A stretch of DNA of 32,006 bases from IMG/VR virus record IMGVR_UViG_3300035492_000103, positions 74,019-106,024 of that record. One strand, 5' to 3'. Below are positions 27,548 through 32,006 of the stretch, one piece after another. Source of the stretch: a virus. The notes beneath the pieces were generated by a model that saw nothing but the letters and a program-made list of their open reading frames with translations, did not search any database and was not told the origin of the DNA. Each line of letters begins with the position of its first letter. Positions within the stretch are counted from its first letter, which is position 1. The translations under genes and the position numbers were made by a program.

Positions 27548-27811
27548 GTGTCATTATTTAAAACATTAAAAGAATCTATATGTATAGATTCTTTGGATGA
27601 ATGTCCAAAAATAAAACCTATGCCAGATTAAGGTGAAAGAGTTTTGGCTTTATATCGTGGTGAATGGATTGTGTTGGAAGTCGCAATTGAGTATCCAACA
27701 TATGAAGAAACATTTAGACCATTCAAATATTGGTATGAACCCTTTTCAGATATGCTGAGTATAGAAACTTATGACGTTACAGACTGGATACCTTTACCGG
27801 AGATACCTTAA
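27548..27811 (+). pseudogene. DUF551-like gene interrupted by in-frame TAA (27629-27631)
   Basis: Manual translation ...KPMPD*GERVLALYRGEW...VTDWIPLPEIP*; MP..G..VL and VTxWxPLP are DUF551 hallmarks. Confidence 0.72.
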
Positions 27812-28014
27812 TGAGTGACAAATACCAAGCGATGATGATCGGAAATCATACCTACGGATTTCTAAACTTGAAGTCAAATATATTCAGGTGTACTCATGGT
27901 GGTTGGGAAGCTGAGTTATCATTTTTACCCGGTAATCAATGTAAATTGCAAGGTGTCGGGATTTTTAGTTACGAGTATTTGGACGAAATACCAGAAGATT
28001 ACAATTATTGTTGA
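27811..28014 (+). CDS. Hypothetical protein
   Basis: SD GGAG, TAATG coupling. Confidence 0.7.
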   Translation: MSDKYQAMMIGNHTYGFLNLKSNIFRCTHGGWEAELSFLPGNQCKLQGVGIFSYEYLDEIPEDYNYC

Positions 28015-28020
28015 TAACCT

Positions 28021-28170
28021 ATGTATATTCAAGATCAGATAGATTTTTGTTTAGATGAGCTAGAGAATCTGTTAGAATATGAACCAGATAGTCCTGATAT
28101 CTATTACTATGAACGTAAACTCGATAGACTGATTCAGGAACAACAGAATAGAAATAGTGAAGAGGAATAA
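28021..28170 (+). CDS. Small acidic protein (49 aa; below ORF-track cutoff)
   Basis: MYIQDQIDFCLDELENLLEYEPDSPDIYYYERKLDRLIQEQQNRNSEEE fills the gap exactly; no clear SD. Confidence 0.6.
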   Translation: MYIQDQIDFCLDELENLLEYEPDSPDIYYYERKLDRLIQEQQNRNSEEE

Positions 28171-28174
28171 CATC

Positions 28175-28942
28175 ATGCTAGATCATTTATTCAAAACAAC
28201 AAACTCAAAAACACATGAATTTTATGCAATTGGAGATACTCACCAATGTTTCGATGAATATAAATCTTTGTTAAAAGTTTGTAGACAAGATGCAATAGAT
28301 AGGAATAAAATTCCAGTTATTGTACAACTAGGTGATGTTATTGATCGTGGTCCAGACTTTCTAAATTCAGTATTAATGGATTCTGCAGATTATCAGTTAA
28401 TGGGAAATCATGAATTTTATTTCTTACAAGAATTTTACGGTGTTAGAATTTGTAGGTCTCAATCAAGATTTGTTACACACGAATCATTTAAAAAATTACC
28501 ACCAGAATTAAAATGTAAGGTAATAAAATTATTACAGACTAGACTTCCGTTCCTTTCTGTATTAGACTTGCAAACTGGATACACTTATTTGTTTAGTCAT
28601 AGTCCTATCAAAGACTTTGAAAATCAAGAGTGGAAAGGTAAAGATGAAATTCATCATAGGAATTTAGGCCACTTTATTCACAATGGAGCAACAACAGATT
28701 TATCCAAATTGGAATCCAGCGATGAAAAAATAATGTCAATTCATGGTCACCAAAGTTGGAAATATATAGACATCACAGAACAAATTGTGATACAATCTAA
28801 ATTCAGAAAACGAGTGTATAATTTAGATTCTGGATGTGTATATGGAAATCATTTAACAGCGATGCGAGTGTTTGACCAATTTGTATTCACTGTTAAATCT
28901 AGTGTCAAAGTAGAAAAAGAAATTTTTAACAACAAACCCTAA
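28175..28942 (+). CDS. Calcineurin-like metallophosphoesterase (Pnkp/ApaH/PPP-type)
   Basis: GDTH, GDVIDRGPD, GNHE, SHS, HGHQ and LDSGCVYG..LTAMR motifs; start at ATG 28175 (SD GAGG). Confidence 0.9.
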   Translation: MLDHLFKTTNSKTHEFYAIGDTHQCFDEYKSLLKVCRQDAIDRNKIPVIVQLGDVIDRGPDFLNSVLMDSADYQLMGNHEFYFLQEFYGVRICRSQSRFVTHESFKKLPPELKCKVIKLLQTRLPFLSVLDLQTGYTYLFSHSPIKDFENQEWKGKDEIHHRNLGHFIHNGATTDLSKLESSDEKIMSIHGHQSWKYIDITEQIVIQSKFRKRVYNLDSGCVYGNHLTAMRVFDQFVFTVKSSVKVEKEIFNNKP

Positions 28943-28955
28943 TGAGGATTTAATT

Positions 28956-29645
28956 ATGTCAAGTGAAATCACTTTAAGTAAAACTGATGTTGAAACATTA
29001 AAAGCTCTTTATCCGATCAACCAGACTTTGAAGTTGGTCGGTGGAAATACTCAACTCCGTACTGTCAATGAGACAAAAACTATTGCACTGATTACATCAT
29101 TGGAAACAGCATTTCCTCGGACTTTCTGTATCTATGACCTTCGTGAGTTCATTAGTGTTCTGTCTCTGTTTGAATCTCCAGTTCTGGATTTTAGCAATGA
29201 CAAGTTTGTTACTGTTAAATCAACAGACGGTCGTCAGAAATTAAAGTATGTTGACGGTGCAGAAAATCTGATCAACTCTTACTTTGACAAAGATTTTAAA
29301 TTACCATCAACTGATGTTACCGTTTCTGTCACAGGTCAACAATTAAAAGCAGTTATGGGTGCAGCTCAGACTCTGAAACTGGAATATGTTGGTTTCCGTG
29401 TTAATGATGGTAAAATCTATCTGTCAGCATTTGATCGGAATAATGGCTCTGGTGACGATACCAACGGTTTCTCAATTGAAGTCGGTGAATCAGACAGTGT
29501 GTTTGACTTATTCTACAAAACTGATACTCTGTCTGTTCTGGATGGCGATTGTGAATTTGAAATCTCGTCAAAGAAAATTTCAAAAGTCCAAAATGGTACA
29601 AAACAGTTCTGGATCAGTCTGGATGCAAATTCTACATACGCTTAA
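28956..29645 (+). CDS. gp45: Sliding clamp
   Basis: LSK..VETLK...INQ and FCIYDLREFISVLSLFESP motifs; precedes gp44. Confidence 0.95.
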   Translation: MSSEITLSKTDVETLKALYPINQTLKLVGGNTQLRTVNETKTIALITSLETAFPRTFCIYDLREFISVLSLFESPVLDFSNDKFVTVKSTDGRQKLKYVDGAENLINSYFDKDFKLPSTDVTVSVTGQQLKAVMGAAQTLKLEYVGFRVNDGKIYLSAFDRNNGSGDDTNGFSIEVGESDSVFDLFYKTDTLSVLDGDCEFEISSKKISKVQNGTKQFWISLDANSTYA

Positions 29646-29659
29646 TTAGGGCGCTGTTT

Positions 29660-29690
29660 GGGTGGAAGAACCTTTCCACCCCTTTTTCTT
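29660..29690 (+). terminator. Rho-independent terminator between gp45 and gp44
   Basis: GGGTGGAA-GAACCT-TTCCACCC followed by CTTTTTCTT. Confidence 0.8.
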
Positions 29691-29713
29691 CTATGAATTT
29701 AAGGTGAATTAAC

Positions 29714-30658
29714 ATGATTTGTAATAAAAATGAACCACTTTGGGTAGAACGTTACCGTCCACAGAAAATTGAAGATTGTATCCTACCACAAGCTATTAAA
29801 AATCAGTTTACAAATATTTTAAAAACTGAACATATCCCAAATATGATTCTCAGTGGCGGTGCTGGTACAGGTAAAACAACTGTAGCTAAAGCAGTTTGTT
29901 CAGAAATGAAAGTTGATTGGATTGTTATCAACTGTTCTGATGAAACTGGTATTGATACACTTCGTACAAAAATTAAAGATTTTGCATCTACAGTATCATT
30001 CTCTGATAGCGGTAAATGTGTTATCCTTGACGAAGCGGACGGTATGTCAGATGCTTTACAACGTGGCCTTCGTCATGCAATTGAAGCATATAGTAAGACT
30101 TGTACATTTATTCTGACCTGTAATTATCCGAATCGTTTAATTGATGCTCTGTTCAGTCGGTCAGTACATATTCCGTTTGAAATTTCAAAAGAAGAAATGC
30201 CTAAATTACAGGCTCAATTCTTTGGTCGTGTTACAGAAATCCTTAAACACGAAAATATTAAATTTGACCAACGTGCAGTTATTGGTTTAATCACAAAGTT
30301 TTTCCCAGATAATCGTCGCATCTTAGGTCAATTACAACAATATGCTCGTGCTGGTGAAATCGATGCAGGCATTCTTGTAGATTTACAAGAAGTTAGTATT
30401 GAACAACTAATCAAGGCTATGAAAGCCAAATCATTCAAAGAAGTTCGTCAATGGTGTGCAGATAATGCTGGTAACGATTTATCCAATCTGTATACAAAAC
30501 TGTATCGGAATCTAAAAGACCACGTTGTACCAGATTCGATTCCAGAAGCAATTTTAATTCTTGAAGATTACCAGCGCTTTGATAGTGTTGTACCAGATAA
30601 AGAATTACATATTTCTGCTCTGTGTGTTAATCTTATGCTTCAAATTAATTTCAAGTGA
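29714..30658 (+). CDS. gp44: Clamp loader AAA+ ATPase subunit
   Basis: LWVERYRP, GGAGTGKTT, ILDEAD and FILTCNY motifs. Confidence 0.98.
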   Translation: MICNKNEPLWVERYRPQKIEDCILPQAIKNQFTNILKTEHIPNMILSGGAGTGKTTVAKAVCSEMKVDWIVINCSDETGIDTLRTKIKDFASTVSFSDSGKCVILDEADGMSDALQRGLRHAIEAYSKTCTFILTCNYPNRLIDALFSRSVHIPFEISKEEMPKLQAQFFGRVTEILKHENIKFDQRAVIGLITKFFPDNRRILGQLQQYARAGEIDAGILVDLQEVSIEQLIKAMKAKSFKEVRQWCADNAGNDLSNLYTKLYRNLKDHVVPDSIPEAILILEDYQRFDSVVPDKELHISALCVNLMLQINFK

Positions 30659-30666
30659 GGTAGAAG

Positions 30667-31113
30667 GTGACTATTACACTGGATGGTAGTAAAATTGTAG
30701 AACAGGTAGATGAACCAAAAGTTAAAAAGATTGGTTTGTTTGATTTTGTTTCTGACTTGACCAGTGATAAACAATACCTGTTTTCTGAATCAACCGAACG
30801 TGAATTTAATGTGTTCATGATTAACAGAGCACTTTCACAGAACCAAGATACAATAATGATTGCTAATGAATTAAACAAACATTGTCGTATCAACAAAGAA
30901 ATGGCTCACGATTTCCTTTACTATATAATTCCTAAGCGCAAGCGATATGGTAAGTGGGCCAAACAAGACAATTCTCAGAAAGATGAAATTGACTTGATTA
31001 TGAAACACTATTGCGTGAACAGAACCAGAGCATTAGAATACCTGAAAATTCTGGATAAAAATGAAATTGAAAACATTAGGTCGCAGTATCAGACCGGGGG
31101 TAAACAAAAATGA
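30667..31113 (+). CDS. gp62: Clamp loader subunit
   Basis: FMINRALSQNQDTIMIANELN, KRKRYGKWAK and RALEYLKIL motifs. Confidence 0.95.
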   Translation: MTITLDGSKIVEQVDEPKVKKIGLFDFVSDLTSDKQYLFSESTEREFNVFMINRALSQNQDTIMIANELNKHCRINKEMAHDFLYYIIPKRKRYGKWAKQDNSQKDEIDLIMKHYCVNRTRALEYLKILDKNEIENIRSQYQTGGKQK

Positions 31114-31520
31114 TTACGTCAGATGAAATTATTGCAGGTATGGTTGAAGTTGTTCCAGTAGATGAACTAAATGGATTCCGTAAAATTAAAGAAACATTAA
31201 CTCGAATGGGCGTTGCTAGTAAAACAGAACAAGTCTTGAATCAATCAGCTCACATTCTTCATAAAAAAGGCAAGTATTATATTTGTCACTTCAAAGAAAT
31301 GTTAGCGTTAGATGGATTCCGTACAGATTTAAGTGAAGGTGATTTAGCACGTCGAAATCGAATTGTTCAGATGTTATCTGATTGGAATTTATTAAAAGTT
31401 GTTAACCAGGGCCAATTGGATCCTATGGGACATCCTAATATTGTCAAAGTTGTTAAATTTGCAGATAAAGACAACTGGCGCTTAAACACAAAATATCAAA
31501 TGGGGATTAATCATGTCTGA
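31110..31520 (+). CDS. regA: Translational repressor RegA
   Basis: FRKIKETLTRMGVAS, QSAHILHKKGKYYICHFKEMLALDG and RRNRIVQMLSDW motifs. Confidence 0.98.
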   Translation: MITSDEIIAGMVEVVPVDELNGFRKIKETLTRMGVASKTEQVLNQSAHILHKKGKYYICHFKEMLALDGFRTDLSEGDLARRNRIVQMLSDWNLLKVVNQGQLDPMGHPNIVKVVKFADKDNWRLNTKYQMGINHV

Positions 31521-31905
31521 TATGACTGAACAGGAATATGCTGGTATTGTGTTATCAATTGCTGCGGTTTGTCATGAAAATAATCGTGCATATTGTCAAG
31601 CAATTGGTGATGATTCTATTCTACCGTGGCACGATGCACCAGAATGGCAGAAGCGTTCCGCTTATGATGGAGTAATCTACCGTCTAACTAATCCTACGGC
31701 TACTCCAGAAGATATGCATAAAAACTGGATGAAGGAAAAAATCAAAGATGGTTGGATTCATGGTCCAGTAAAAGACCCTGAAACTAAACGTCATCCTTGT
31801 ATCTGTGCTTATAAGGACCTGCCTCAAGAGCAAAAGAGTAAAGATTATTTGTTCGGTGCTATTGTAGATCGAATGAAAATGATTTTGTTACCTGAGGGCG
31901 AATAG
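31513..31905 (+). CDS. Stand-alone RyR (ryanodine receptor repeat) domain protein
   Basis: HKNWMKEKIKDGWIHGPVKDPETKRHPCICAYKDLPQEQKSKD fits the RyR repeat consensus H..W...K...GW.YG...D...K.HP.L.PY..L...EK..D. Confidence 0.88.
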   Translation: MSDMTEQEYAGIVLSIAAVCHENNRAYCQAIGDDSILPWHDAPEWQKRSAYDGVIYRLTNPTATPEDMHKNWMKEKIKDGWIHGPVKDPETKRHPCICAYKDLPQEQKSKDYLFGAIVDRMKMILLPEGE

Positions 31906-31916
31906 CCCTCCTTTTC
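31894..31916 (+). terminator. Terminator overlapping the RyR gene stop
   Basis: GAGGGC-GAATA-GCCCTC followed by CTTTT. Confidence 0.65.
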
Positions 31917-31933
31917 GTTATAGGTGAATTGGT

Positions 31934-32006
31934 ATGATTTTAAATGATAAACAGCAATATGCGTACGACTCTATTAAGGCGGGTAGAAACTTTTTCTTGA
32001 CAGGTC
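31934..32006 (+). CDS. Start of a probable Pif1/RecD-like SF1B helicase (truncated by window edge)
   Basis: SD AGGTG; MILNDKQQYAYDSIKAGRNFFLTG matches the L...Q..A......G.N.F.TG lead-in to Walker A; only 24 codons visible. Confidence 0.6.
   Translation, partial: MILNDKQQYAYDSIKAGRNFFLTG

Noticed and set aside
26664-27631. Genome-wide stop-codon reassignment
   Set aside because: TAA, TAG and TGA all terminate conserved core genes at the expected lengths in this window
28175-28942. gp47 (Mre11-like nuclease), suggested by its position upstream of gp45
   Set aside because: DRGPD and DSGCVYG motifs fit PPP/ApaH/Pnkp phosphoesterases; no gp46 partner is adjacent
1-32006. tRNA genes, CRISPR arrays, inteins, IS elements
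   Set aside because: None seen by eye; intergenic gaps are short and core proteins are of normal length. No covariance search was run

Overview
AT-rich segment of a T4-like (T4 superfamily) myophage genome. Positions 1-23251 are a minus-strand late block. In transcription order it runs: hypothetical, gp8-like baseplate, VrlC/DUF4815-like structural protein, two small structural genes, neck gp13, gp14, gp15, terminase gp16/gp17, sheath gp18, tube gp19, portal gp20, core gp67/gp68, protease gp21, scaffold gp22, capsid gp23, a GIY-YIG homing endonuclease, gp3, uvsY, a ParB/Srx-like gene and uvsW (truncated by the window edge). NNTAAATA late-promoter motifs precede most of its transcription units. 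Positions 23485-32006 are a plus-strand early/replication block: accessory ORFs, a polynucleotide kinase, a metallophosphoesterase, gp45, gp44, gp62, regA, a stand-alone RyR-domain gene and the start of a Pif1-like helicase. Most notable: (1) the endonuclease is flanked by a 28-bp duplication of the gp23 3' end, each copy with its own terminator; (2) a ParB/Srx-like protein has a capsid-targeting-like N-terminus and a late promoter inside an RBS-covering hairpin; (3) a bacterial Pnkp-type kinase and phosphatase occur as separate genes 4 kb apart; (4) RyR and Pif1-like genes sit where T4 has gp43; (5) four broken reading frames cluster in 1.8 kb; (6) an antisense early cassette splits gp13 from gp14. 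All family assignments come from motif recognition and synteny; no searches were run, so novelty is unverified.
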